Assembly (NCBI GenBank): GCA_010015585.1
Contig: ML975176.1
Direction: 5' to 3' (one strand)
DNA length: 64,000 bases
Origin: Eremomyces bilateralis CBS 781.70
Taxonomy: Eukaryota
Shown piece by piece: positions 1 to 12,253 of the stretch (positions are counted from its first letter, which is position 1; each line of letters starts with the position of its first letter). The notes beneath the pieces were generated by a model, which was not told where the DNA came from, made no database searches, and saw nothing but the letters and a program-made list of their open reading frames with translations. A program made the translations under genes and the position numbers.

Positions 1-3000
1 TCAGACATGTCCGTTTGACACTAAGATCGACGTCATTGAGTCGACGATAAAGGAAATCCGTGTTTTCATCTACGAGATGATTGAAGCACACGGCCATATC
101 GGCAAGCCCGACAACCAGATTGCTTCGGACAATGGGATCCTTGCTGCGCTCTAGGATGGTCAACAGCAAGGCGAGATGCTGCTCACAGTACTCGGCGCTG
201 ACGCACATGAGCTTGGCCATGCAAAGGGCCGACTGGGATTGCAGGATGGGATCGTTGTATCGGGTGTTATTTCCACAGATTTCAGCAACCATGGGCCCGA
301 AGTTGTAGAGAAGAGACTGCGGATCGTAGAGGAGCTCTTGCTCTCGAACATGAGCAAGTGCCTCCGTGAAATCATCTTCTGTCGTACCGGCCATGAGATC
401 CAACTCGTCCTGCTCTTCCGACTGTGGTTTCTCTCCTGGCTTTCGTTTGGTGGGCGATGCGTCCCCCTTTTCACTGTTCTCGGCCACGGATAGCTTCTCA
501 TTTGCGGCCTTTCTTCGCTTGAAGTCTTGCTCGATCAGTTCCAAATGCACAATCTGTTTGATAGCGACATGTCCCACGACGAACAAGAGCTGTGATAATG
601 CCGCCGTCGTCCGTTGTTTGCCCGGACCGGTGCTCTTCTCGGATCGAGGAGAAGGCAATCCAGTACCGTCGTTTGCAACCGACCCGGAAGAAGACGCTGG
701 CCGCGAATCAGTTTGGTTAGGCCGAAACACCGATTTGGTCATTCTTCGAAGTACTTCGGTGCATAAAGTGTCCGGCAACTTGGAAAGAGCATAGATGGCC
801 CCGATCGCCTGCTCGGCAACACCGAACCATTCTTTTGAGTCCGACGCGCTTTCGACGAGATCTGCGAGTTGCACGAGCACGATATGATCGTTAGGTAATT
901 TGGCCGCGGTCGGAGACTCTCGCTTGCCAGTTTGCTTGCCTCCATCATAAATCCGACGAAGAGCGATGCACGTATATCGGGCCAATCCGAGGTCCTTGCG
1001 GCCAATCTCTCCGAGACCGATTCTTAGACACGTCTCCATGTCCCTGACGACGATTTCCGGATCTGCTAAAGCGAGCATGCCGAGGACAATAATCGCACCA
1101 CGTCGCTGCTTCTTAGAGATTTCTTTCCGTTGTACGCCATAAATCTGCCACAGCTTTTGGACGACGATAGTGCTGACCAAGTCCGTTTTCATCATCGTGC
1201 TCAAAAGCTGCTCCAGAGACGTGAGTTCCGCCGGTGTCGCTCCAAAGGTCAGGCTGATCATGTTTCGAGCCACGTAGTTCGCAGCATCGTTTGCCGTATA
1301 GTCCGGCGCGGTGAAGAAGAGACTCTTGTAGCACTCGATCAGGTGGGACTGAACGCCTTTGCCTTCGTCGCTGTTCCCTTTCGTCCAGATTAGGCGGAGC
1401 ATGCGCCTCACCCCAATTCTCGCCGTCTCAATCTCGTAGACGTGGCATGTGACGAAGAAATCCATGGCTTCGATGACTTCCGACTTGTTTCTCGATGACA
1501 ACAACTGCGTAACCACAGGGCAGGCATTGTGAATGACCTCAATGAACCGAAGCGCTTCAAGAAAGAATCGCCGAGACAATTGCAATTGATTGATCAGTTC
1601 TGCCGTCGCCGCCTCCTTTGCTGCCCTCTCCATGGCTTCGATACGCTGATCCTCTGTCATCGACTCCGGAACCGTGGGTTCCGCTTGAGTAACATCATCA
1701 AGCAACTCGGTGTCTGCTGTTTCATCCGAGATCGTCTTTTCTCGCAGCTCCGTGGGAGGTTGTAAGGCGTCAATCTTTGCATCCTCATCTTGCAAGGCCT
1801 TTGTCCAGTCTTTCTTCTGTAGCTGACCTTTGCCAAAAGCACCGAAAGGATGAGTGGAAATCAGCTTTCCAAGGAGTTTTATCGCATTGCGGCGGACGTT
1901 ACTGCTTTTGTCTTCAAGACTCCGAGTGGCAAGTTCGGCTGCCGTTTGTCTCCTCTTAGGAAATTTGACTTCCAAATCACACAATCGCAAACAGACTTGG
2001 ATGGCTCGGCATCGGCAGTAGGGATTGATATCAAGAAACCTCTCCTCGAGAACGTCAAAGAAAGCATCTACTTGTCCTTGATGGTTCTCGCCCCTTTCGC
2101 TCTCTTCTTGTCTGCTCAACATTGTGATCAGGTTTCCGCAAACTTCAATGATAGAACACCGAAGAGTGTAGGACTACAACAGTTAGATACTAATGTTATC
2201 CATACGACTTCACTCACCTCATTGTCCAGTAATTTGGCGAGCAACGTCATCTGCTTGATGACCAACCGAGGAACCAGTTCGGACACTTTCGTGACAAATG
2301 CCGAAACCGACTTCGGTCCCTTGATATCGTTGGCATTGAACTCTTTGCTGCTCAACTCCCTAGACGGTCGTTAGAATATGGACATAGAATCGGAGTTGGA
2401 CATACCTTAGAATCTCTTCGGTGAGCTGTGGATAGTCATATTGCTCCGCGAGGATTTGCAGGAATTCTGCCATTGCTTCCGAGAGATGCTCGAAGTAGGT
2501 CAAATTCTGGATGATGGAGGTTTGCGCCCCTACTTTCTGTCAGCGTGTTCTCGAAGCAACCAACCACAGAACTCTACCGAAGCCATGTCCATGATGCTTG
2601 ACGGCAATACATAGGACTTTAAATGAATACATCCGGATCGATGTATTCTTGACTCGTGTTTCGCTTTCGAGAACCAGATACACTGGTCGAGTGAAAAGGC
2701 CGACGAACGTATCACGCTCCGATGTAGTCATGAAGATTTTGGAAAGCTTCAACTTCAAAACCTTGCTCATAACATCGAGCGCAGCTTGTAACTGGGTCGA
2801 CGAATCCCAAGTTCCATCTTTCGATCCAGCCTTTCCTTTTGCGCTTTTGCCGCCTCGACCCCGTCCAGCTGTTGCAGTCGACTGCTTCTCGGCAGCTTTC
2901 GTCTCGACCACAGCAATGCACCATTGTAGTAGGAAACCATAGACTTCGAGGAGTTGTTTGTGGTGGTGCTTCAACGTTTCCTGGTCGTCGGCCTCGATGT

Positions 3001-3424
3001 CGGCATGGGCAGCGTCTGCTTCGGCGGAGAGACCGGATACAATCAAATCGAGGAGTTTGCTGAGAGCGGTTGGAGGGATTTGTGATGTGTACCTGGAGAG
3101 CGCAAATAACGCGGGCGTGTCAGGACGGCTGATAGAATGCCTTTGGTAGGGCTGAAGTTGATGATCTAAGGAAACAATGGGTGCACACTTGAGTAAAAAC
3201 TGGAGAGTATCGAAGTTGCAACTTCGCGTGATGGATTCGGGATTCTCTGCGATCGCATCGACAACCGGATTAAGAGCGCCATTGACCACGGCACTGGTCA
3301 GTGACTCGGGGTCACTCTCGCAATCCAACAGGTCTGAAGGAACTTCCGGGGTTGGGATAGTGAAGGGGTCGGACAAGTACGCCTTTATGGCTTCGTTGAT
3401 GTCAAATTGGATTCTCTCGTCCAT
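1..3424 (-). CDS. YCS4: Condensin complex subunit 1 (Cnd1/Ycs4/CAP-D2); 3' end lies beyond the window start
   Basis: ATG at 3424 (MDERIQFDINEAIKAYLSDP). Spliced product contains YSFKVLCIAVKHHGH, SELVPRLVIKQMTLLAKLLDNESYTLRCSIIEVCGNL. GT-AG introns at about 3093-3188, 2531-2577, 2361-2406 and 2174-2217. The last exon has no stop before position 1. Confidence 0.93.
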
Positions 3425-3440
3425 GGCGAGGATTGTAACT

Positions 3441-3655
3441 ACGCGGTGCACCCGAAAGTGCGGAAATACAGATGTCCAGACGAGTTCAAGGAGAAATGGC
3501 GGGAACTCGTGATGATATGTCAGAGACTCAAAATGTCCCACATCTGCGTCCCGCGTTTGAACGCGAGGTGGATTTGTTTTCAATTTGCCGAATTGGGCTA
3601 GCGCATAACACAGTTCCATGGCCCACCACAACGGCAACAGCCATCAATCGCGACT
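3441..3655. promoter_or_regulatory. Bidirectional promoter (cnd1/CDC7) with MCB-like CGCG elements
   Basis: 355-bp head-to-head gap. Contains ACGCGG (3441), the inverted pair CGCGTT-TG-AACGCG (3552-3565) and TCGCGA (about 3648). Both flanking genes are cell-cycle genes. Confidence 0.5.
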
Positions 3656-3779
3656 GCTCTTGCACCAAACGACCACCAAAGCACCTTCCAAGTTCAATGA
3701 ATCAAGATCACAGGGACGCACGAAGCTTCGATTGATATTTCTATCCGGGGCCCAGGCTTTTGCTGCCTCCCTCTTCAAC

Positions 3780-5165
3780 ATGCCGAGAGCTAGAGTTCAA
3801 CGCGCAGCTCCAGTACCGATATCAAGAGAACCAGAAACCTCCGACTCCGACTCCACCATGGATGAAAGCCGGGATCCACAGGATGAAAGCGGCTGCACGC
3901 TTTCCGATGAAAGCGAAGAGGAGGTGGATGAGAGTGTTGCTGAGGACATGGTCCGCCTGGAGAATGATTTTCAGGGCATCGCTTCCAGATATCGATTGAT
4001 CAATCGCATTGGAGAAGGTGATGACTGCCATATCGCGAACCCATTAGTCCGAAGCTGACCTTTTCAAGGAACATTCTCGACGGTCTACAAGGCTGAGGAT
4101 CTACAGTACAATGCCTACAAGAACGGCTGGGATGCCCAACCGTTCGACAACAGCTCTCCCCAGAAGCGGCAGTCCAGAGGGCCGAAGCCTAGATTCGTGG
4201 CTATAAAAAAGATCTATGTCACCAGTAGTCCTTCGAGGATCCTAAATGAGCTTGAGCTCCTCCATGACCTTCGGGACTCGGATGCGATATGCCCCCTGAT
4301 CACCGCATTTCGCCACCAGGACCAGGTGATTGCTATCCTGCCGTTCTGCCCTCATCGCGACTTTCGAGACTACTACAAGGGGATGTCGATGAACGACGTT
4401 CGCGTCTACATGAGAAGTTTGTTTGTTGCTTTGCAAAGCGTTCATGATCACGGCATCCTTCATCGGGACGTCAAACCGACCAATTTCCTTTACTCCCCAT
4501 CACGCGGGCGTGGCCTCTTGGTGGACTTTGGCCTTGCAGAAAGAGCTGGCACGGACTATCATTTCTGCTGTTGCGAGCTTGCTCCTACTGAACGACAATC
4601 TCGCTTCCAGACGAGTACGTACAAGATCATGCCTTCTGATCGAGGCCGGTACCCGAACCAAAAGACCGACACTCGCCCTACTCGACGAGCCAATCGTGCT
4701 GGAACCCGAGGGTTTCGTGCTCCCGAGGTGCTTTTCAAATGTACCGCCCAAACCACCGCCATTGACATCTGGAGCGCTGGGGTGATGCTTCTCACTTTTC
4801 TGACCAAGCGATTCCCTTTCTTCCATAGCGCTGATGACATCGACGCCGTCCTTGAGATGGCTGCACTATTCGGGAAGAAGAAGATGCATCAAGCCGGAAT
4901 GCTGCACGGACAGATGTTCGAAACGAATATCCCAACATACCGTGAGTCCGGATACAGCTGGGAGAAGATCGTCTTGTGGGCGAGTGGAAGGGATGGATCA
5001 AAAGGTGGTCGGCTCCATCAGGACGAGAAAGATGCCATCGAGTTCATGGAACTGTGCTTCGCCATTGACCCAAAAGAGCGCATCACCGCAACGGGAGCGT
5101 TAGAGCATCCTTTCATCAACAGTTATGCACCGGATGATGCAGAGGATATGGTTGACTTGCTATGA
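3780..5165 (+). CDS. CDC7: Cdc7/Hsk1 serine/threonine kinase (DDK catalytic subunit)
   Basis: ATG 3780; intron about 4018-4068 inside IGEG|TFSTVYKA. Motifs AIKKIYVTSSP..RILNEL, HRDVKPTNFL, DFGLA, RANRAGTRGFRAPEV and KRFPFFHSADD are Cdc7-specific. Confidence 0.95.
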
Positions 5166-5737
5166 CGGGATGAAAGGATGAGTTACCAATCATGATCAAT
5201 GAAGGGAATATAGCGGCGGTGAACGGTGTCAGGAGTTATCAGAGCATGATGGAATGCGCATTGGTTTAGTAGTGTTTAATTCAAACCGCATTTAGATCCG
5301 GATGTATAACTACTTCATAGATGTTAATTGAATGGTATTAGACATGTGTGACTTCTACTTTATTCAATTCCTGCTAATGTTAGCGCATGAGGAAGTTTCC
5401 TTACGTTAGCCATTCTCTACACAAGACTCGGGTCGGTGACGGTCTACAGCAGCAAGGTTCCTCAAAGGAGACCACCGACTCGATGTAGCAGCATATCAGC
5501 GGATGATCACAAACAACAGAGCGAATCATGACTACGGATAGAGACCCATGCGTGAAGCAGAAGGGATTGGTTTGTTCAGGAACAGGTTTGTATTTAAGCC
5601 ACTAGGGATACAAACACCGTTCCTCAGCCACCACGCTTAAAGAGTCCGCATCGACATGCCCAATGACCCTATTGATTGTAACCCTTTTTGATCCTTGGTA
5701 TGCCCGATATAACTCCAGGGTTGGAAATGCAGGATGC

Positions 5738-6338
5738 TTAAGCCACCAACTGGACAACACCACCAGCACCCTTGATCTTTCGCTCAGCCTCCTGAGAGAA
5801 GAATCGCGCGCGCACGATGATGGGGACTTCTGGAAGTACGCCCTTTCCGAGAACTTTCGAGTAACCGAGAGAAAGGAGGTCGAGAACGGGAGCGGTGTCG
5901 GACTTGGGGTTGGAGATGTATTTTTCGCGCTGCTCCTCGGGAACGAGGGACCAGAGCTAGAAGAACATGTCAGCCACCAGCTTCAGAAGGGCTTGCAAGA
6001 GTTGAGTCTCCACGTACCTTGTCGATGTTGATGGTCGGCTTCCAGAATTGATTCTGGAGCTTGTGGAAATATCTCATTCCAACCTTTCCGAAGTAACCCG
6101 GATGGTATTTGTCGATATTCGTTCGGTGATGATGCTGACCACCGGCCATACCACGACCACCGGGATGCTTTCGGTGCTTGCCGACACGACCGTTACCGGC
6201 GGAGACATGACCGCGGCTGGAGAGATGAGGGTTAGCATCTTTTCCGACGGATTTCAATTAACCGGTAGGCCATTGAGGCACGGAGGACTGGAAATGGGAT
6301 ACTCACTGCTTGCGCGTTTTGAGGAGTCTGGTAGGCAT
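5738..6338 (-). CDS. RPL28: 60S ribosomal protein L28 (uL15/L27a)
   Basis: [62 protein letters not shown]...VQLVA*. Introns at about 6217-6306 and 5957-6017. Confidence 0.97.
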
Positions 6339-6458
6339 CTTGGCGAATGATGCAGAATGAAGACTCTGGTCGATAAGTTGGAATGTGGTGATAGTGTTCT
6401 TGACGTGAGAAATGTTAGCGAGTGCTGTGGGGAAAAGTTTCTCCGGGCTCACTTTTTC

Positions 6459-6609
6459 CTCACGTGATCAGTGGGCGAAATGGAAACCCGAACTGTCACC
6501 ACATCACCCGAACTGTTGTCACATAAATTAGATGGAATTGGCAATCATGTGGTTCGTGTCATGTGATGACGGCACTGAACGCGTCCCCCTCGCGCTCGCG
6601 TGGCGCGTC
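6459..6609. promoter_or_regulatory. Shared RPL28/FEN1 promoter with a perfect MCB (ACGCGT), a CGCG cluster and an E-box
   Basis: TCACGTGA at about 6460, ACGCGT at 6579-6584, and further CGCG cores at about 6591, 6597 and 6604, all upstream of a DNA-replication gene. Confidence 0.55.
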
Positions 6610-6715
6610 ATCTTCCGTCGCCATGAATTTCGGTCCAACTGAAATGTTCGAATTCTTTGAGACCTTCCTGCTTTGAAGTTCGTTCCATCAAATTTGGACA
6701 CGTCGAACCATCACT

Positions 6716-8086
6716 ATGGGTATCAAGCGTAAGTGTCATATTATCCCCGAAACTGCACATGTACTAAGTACCAAGCAGACTTATTTCAGCTCATTGAGGA
6801 GCATAGCCCCGCGGCGATCAAGCAGGGCGAGATCAAGAATCAATTCGGCAGGAAGGTTGCCATTGTAAGTGTCCTTTTCTCTAAGTCCAATGTATCGTAC
6901 TGATTTTTGTAGGATGCGTAAGCTCTCGTTCAGCCTCTCATTGCACTCTTTCTAATGCACCTTAGGTCGATGAGCATCTACAGCTTCCTGATCGCCGTAC
7001 GAAGTGATGGCCAACAGCTGATGTCTGAGTCCGGCGAAACCACGTCGCATCTGATGGGGATGTTCTACCGAACCTTACGCATGGTCGACAATGGCATCAA
7101 ACCCCTCTTTGTATTTGATGGTGCCCCTCCCAAGCTCAAATCTGGCGAATTGGCGAAAAGATTCCAGCGCAAGTCGGAGGCTCAGGAAGCTCATGAGGAG
7201 GCGAAGGAGACGGGGACGGCAGAAGAGGTGGAAAAATTCTCGAGAAGGACCGTGAGGGTGACGAGAGAGCACAATGCGGAATGTCAGAAGCTATTGAAGC
7301 TCATGGGAATTCCTTACATCATCGCACCAACAGAAGCAGAAGCGCAATGCGCCGTACTCGCAAGAGCAGGCAAGGTCTACGCAGCTGCATCTGAGGATAT
7401 GGACACCCTCACATTTGACGCACCGATTCTTCTTAGACACCTTACATTCAGTGAGCAGCGAAAGGAACCGATTCAGGAGATTCACCTCGCTCAGGTTCTC
7501 GAAGGGTTAGAGATGGAAAGAGATCAGGTGAGTCTGCCCACAACATTTGATAGCTCACAATTAACTTCCCTAGTTCATTGATCTCTGCATTCTTCTCGGC
7601 TGCGACTATCTCGACCCAGTCAAAGGCGTTGGTCCATCCACCGCTCTCAAGTTGATTCGGGAACATAAAACTCTGGAAGGTGTCGTTGAATTTTTCGAGA
7701 AGAGCAATAAGTACACGTTACCGGAGGACTGGCCATATAAGGATGCTCGCCTGCTATTCCTCGAACCTGATGTTCGACCGGCGGACGATCCGGAATGTGA
7801 CTTCAAATGGGAAGCACCTGATGTCGAAGGCCTTGTCGAGTACCTGGTCAAGGAGAAGGCCTTCAGCGAGGATCGAGTGCGGAGCGGGGCGCAACGATTG
7901 CAAAGGAGCACCAAAACGGCTCAGCAGAGTCGACTGGAGGGTTTTTTCAAGCCGGTTCAGCGGACGCCGGAAGAGCAGGCCGCCTTGAAAAGGAAGACCG
8001 ATTCAAAGTTGGAAGAGGCTAAGAAGAAAAAGAAGCAAGCGGCGAAAGAGAAGAAGGATACAAAGGCGAAGCCAAGAGGTGCTTGA
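6716..8086 (+). CDS. FEN1: Flap endonuclease 1
   Basis: MGIK|..[48 protein letters not shown] and the PIP box QSRLEGFF. Introns 6729-6778, 6865-6912, 6918-6965 and 7528-7573. Confidence 0.97.
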
Positions 8087-8472
8087 TTCGATATCTCTTT
8101 CTCTGGCGTTCAGTGGGTTCCATTCGTGTGGCGCGGAACAATCTGGTCAAACAGAAGCATGAGATATGATCATTGGCGTTCCGGTGAACTGAACTGAACT
8201 TATCGTAGAGTCAATAGGGTATACTGGTTGCATGGCTCTGCCTGGTATGGCTAGGCATGCGGAAGGGTGAGCATCATTGCGGCTCAAATATGGCTGCATC
8301 GTAAATATCGAAGGAATGATGAGATTTGAATGCGAATGATATTAATTCTACATTTAATAATGCTCGCCTCCAGGTAAGACCACCGTTGCTAAGCTCCTGG
8401 CGACTATTACACTATCCCGGCCACTAAAACGCCTGCTATGAACGTTGATCCACCTGTCACCACACTCGTGCT

Positions 8473-10221
8473 TCATGCTAGTTGTAGGCCATTTTCATCC
8501 GGTTTGAACCATTCTTCCAACAGACTTCTCAGAACTTCTTCCGCATGTGCCTTGGCGTCCGACGCCTGCTTGGCTTCTCCTTCAATGTAGAGCTTGATCT
8601 TCGGCTCCGTCCCACTCGATCGGACCGTGAATCGCACATTTCCTTCCACCGTGCAGGTGATCATTTCCGTGTCGGTCGAAACCGGCAGTGTGGGTTGATG
8701 GTCTTTCGTGGCGGAATCATACCCCTTGGTTAAGTCTCTCCAACTGAGGATCTTTCGATTGCCGATTTTCTTGGGATACGGCTGGCCAAGCCCACGGATC
8801 CGCTCGAAAATTTGCGAGGTAATGAGGATGGATGGCGAAATCAGATATGTATTCGCATCCTCAAAGTGTCCGTACTTGGTGTACAAGCGCTGCAATTTCG
8901 ACCACGGCGTCAAACCTTCATTCCGCCATCGAGCCACAGCGCTCAAGAACACAGCAGCCGATGCTATGGAGTCCTTATCACGAGCAACCGGCGAAAACAT
9001 GTATCCTAGAGCCTCTTCGTATCCATAGAGTGCATCGTATCCCTCCCCTTCGAGACGTTGCGCTTCGTTCCCGATCCATTTGAAACCGGTTAGGGTTTCG
9101 GCGTAGTGAATCTTCTCCGCTTTCGCCATCGTCGAGAGCATTTTCGAAGAGACCGTGGATGCCAGCATCGCCAACTTTTCCTTCGGCTTATCTTCCGGAT
9201 AGGTGTCGATGACGTGTGAGGCAAGCAAGACGCCGAGCTGGTTGCCGGTGAATTGTATCCATCGTCCATTGACTTTATCCGCAACGGCCAATCGATCGGC
9301 ATCTGGATCACTTGCCAGCACCAGCGATATGCCATGGGCGTCTGCCGTTCGGAAAGATAGATCCAGTGCACCCTTCTCTTCCGGATTCGGAAACGCTACG
9401 GTTGGAAAATCCGGGTCTGGTTCGGCTTGTTCTTCCACCACCACCATGTTGTCTGCCCATCCCAACTCTTGCATGACCTTGGTCATAATATTCAGTCCGG
9501 TTCCATGCATCGGAGTATACACGAACTTGGCATCACCGAGCGTCGGACCGTGTTCGTCAAGCTTTGCTATGCTGGAGACAGCCTTGACATATGCGGCCTC
9601 GACTAACCCAGAATCGGACTCGACAAGAAGGGTGTTGTCCGCTGCACCATAATCCCATGACTTGGGTTCAAGATTATGCTGTATGGACCGGGCTATGCCC
9701 CTATCCATCGGAGGAATGATCTGCGATGCGTTTTCCCAGTAGACCTTGTATCCGTTGTCTTCTTTTGGGTTATGGCTTGCGGTGATCATGATTCCTGCAG
9801 CAGCATTGAATTCCGATACCCCAAAGGGTACAAGAGGGGTGTGTATCGGCCCAGGATATATCCAAACTCTTATCCCTTGAGCCACGAATGCCGCTGTTGC
9901 CAGTTGGGCAAATGTCTCCGAGTTCCTTCTGGCATCCCTTCCAATAACCACTCCACGCTTTTTTGTATTAGGGACATTTTCCAACAGGTAGGCAGCGAGG
10001 CCTTGGGATGCCTGGATGACTGTGACACAGTTCATACGGTTGAAGCCAGCTTCCATCCGGGCTCGCAGTCCGGCGGTGCCAAAAGCGATCCTCGTCGTTA
10101 GTCGGGATGCAAGCTCCTGCTCGTTCCCTTGAGCCAGAAGTTTGTAGATTTCATCTCGCGTCTCCTCACGTTTGTCTATTCGGAGCCATTCTTTGGCAAG
10201 ATCTTCCACTTCTTTTTTCAT
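8473..10221 (-). CDS. PGM3: Phosphoglucomutase/phosphopentomutase (alpha-D-phosphohexomutase, PGM2/Prm15-type)
   Basis: Single-exon ORF with FGTAGLR, the catalytic TASHNP, the metal-binding DPDADR, TGFKW, YEEALG and RSSGTEPKIK. Confidence 0.92.
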   Translation of the reverse strand: MKKEVEDLAKEWLRIDKREETRDEIYKLLAQGNEQELASRLTTRIAFGTAGLRARMEAGFNRMNCVTVIQASQGLAAYLLENVPNTKKRGVVIGRDARRNSETFAQLATAAFVAQGIRVWIYPGPIHTPLVPFGVSEFNAAAGIMITASHNPKEDNGYKVYWENASQIIPPMDRGIARSIQHNLEPKSWDYGAADNTLLVESDSGLVEAAYVKAVSSIAKLDEHGPTLGDAKFVYTPMHGTGLNIMTKVMQELGWADNMVVVEEQAEPDPDFPTVAFPNPEEKGALDLSFRTADAHGISLVLASDPDADRLAVADKVNGRWIQFTGNQLGVLLASHVIDTYPEDKPKEKLAMLASTVSSKMLSTMAKAEKIHYAETLTGFKWIGNEAQRLEGEGYDALYGYEEALGYMFSPVARDKDSIASAAVFLSAVARWRNEGLTPWSKLQRLYTKYGHFEDANTYLISPSILITSQIFERIRGLGQPYPKKIGNRKILSWRDLTKGYDSATKDHQPTLPVSTDTEMITCTVEGNVRFTVRSSGTEPKIKLYIEGEAKQASDAKAHAEEVLRSLLEEWFKPDENGLQLA

Positions 10222-10908
10222 CTTGCACAATTTGACTTAGCGGGCTGATGTCACTAGGGCTAGATAGGATGGAGGACAGGAACAACGAGGTGAAGTGCTG
10301 GGTTGAAGACGGGTTAATCAGCAGTTCCCGGCTCGAAACCAATCTAAAGTCAGGCGGTGCAGTTTTAATCACCTGTTGCTCTTTGTGAATCAGGTGTTGA
10401 ATCTTGAATCTGGAGTAGTTCACACTGTCATCAGTCATGCTGAATGTGCCCACTTTTGACCAATCAGGTGCCTTAACTGGATGAGGAAGGTGGGATTCAT
10501 TAATGGTAGCACGTGTGGACTTATCGCCTCTCAAGGCTGAAGGCTTGACACATATTCTTCTCCTTGTTGGTAATCCTACTGTATTAAGGGGATGAAGGAA
10601 CATTTCACAATACGACGATGCCCGTGATGTCTGTGATGCTTGTGATGCCCATGATATAGTATCCATAATACCAGTACGGATGTACAAAGCCGTGGATATA
10701 GTTGCCTCCGGTCAAAACAATGAGCATATCGAAGTATTGATTAGATCGCTAATCATTCCTTCTTTGCCGAATGCGAGAAATACAGGTATATGCCAAACGT
10801 CTATGAGCAATTGCGGATCCCATAACGTTACATAGAACATGAATATCGCTCCCGACCTTCCGTTGGCCCCCGAACGCCGAATTCGAAATGCAATGCGGGA
10901 AAATGGAA

Positions 10909-12253
10909 TCAAAGCTCGTTGTGTATGGGTGCCGCTTTCGACCGACCGCTGTCATCCCATAGGTTCACCGCCAGCTTCTTCCTCCATTTCTCCCACATAT
11001 TCCAGAAATCCTTCTCCATTCCACTCGCCATGGTATCCGGTAGGATCACAACGTACTCGACATTCAGGGCACCATATTCTTCGTCGCCGCTATCGTTGCT
11101 TCGGTCGTTGTTCCATATCGGCATCCCCTCGCCAGAGATGACTTCCACCGCGTTCGGCTGCACCACTTTTCCTCGCGGTCGGCTGAGTTGAACAATGTGG
11201 CCATCCAAATGCGTGATATTCCTCTGCCAACTGCCCATCCAGGCCTCCCGTAGACTCAGCACTTCGGTCCAGAACAGGTCATTCCCTCTTCTCCGGAAGA
11301 AGGTGCCGTCCGTTTTCTCATGGTCTTCTTCACCAAGGCTTGGGTCCAGTTCTTGCACGTTCACGATGAGATCTCCAGCCACCCAATCCGGGCTTTCATC
11401 TCCTTCATTCTCAAACGTCACACGAACCCCCCGTGGCATTCCTTTCTCGATGTCGAGAGTGTGCGTTTCCGGCTCTCGTACGACGCGAGCTCCATGACAC
11501 ACCGTACACGGATTATGCACCGTCTTTCCTTTCCCGCCGCATGCATCGCATACTGACTGAACTTGCTGGAAGATGCCTGGGGCCAACATATGACGCTGTA
11601 CACGATGGCCGCGACCACTACACACGGAACATTCATCCACTACACCGTCATCCGAACCGGTGCCCTCACACGAACTACAAATCGCCTGTTTCTCAATCGT
11701 GAACTGCATCTCTTTCCCCATGTAGAAGTCTCGAAGGGGAACGTCGATTTGTGCCTCCATCGTGGGTCCCCGTCGTTCGCCTCCGTGGTGTCCGAAGTGA
11801 CCCGATCCACCGAAGAACCGTGAGAAGAGATCGAAGGGGTCGTGGTGACCTTGGTGGCCCCCGCCGCCTTGCTGATGTTGTGCGAGGCCTTCGTGGCCAT
11901 ACTGGTCGTAGATTTTGCGGGTTTGGGGCTCAATGAGGACTTCATAGGCTTCGGCGATGGACACGAACTTGGTATGCGAATCCTCATTGTTTCTATGATC
12001 ACATGAGAATGCTAAACACAAGGATGCACGGGAGAGGTTCGTACGGATTCTTGTCTGGGTGGAATTTCTTGCTTAACGTCCGATAAGCTTTCTTAATCTC
12101 GCGATCGGAAGCATCGCGGTCGAGTCCGAGGAGCTAGAAGGGTTAACAGATCCCCAAGAATCCATCTGGAGCACCCACCTTGTAGAAGTCTTCTGCACAG
12201 AGAGCGATTGAAGGGAGGATGAAAAGGACGAGGAGGGACGACCAGAAGAGCAT
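10909..12253 (-). CDS. SCJ1: ER-lumenal DnaJ co-chaperone (Scj1)
   Basis: Signal peptide [21 protein letters not shown]-domain with HPD (introns 12134-12178 and 11993-12044), four CxxCxGxG-type repeats, C-terminal HNEL. Confidence 0.92.

Noticed and set aside
10348..10435. Box C/D snoRNA-like arrangement on the minus strand (TGATGA...CTGA...GTGATT...CTGA)
   Set aside because: No terminal stem, and I could not match either guide to rRNA over 10 nt or more. It lies in the PGM promoter. snoscan or cmscan would be needed to rescue it.
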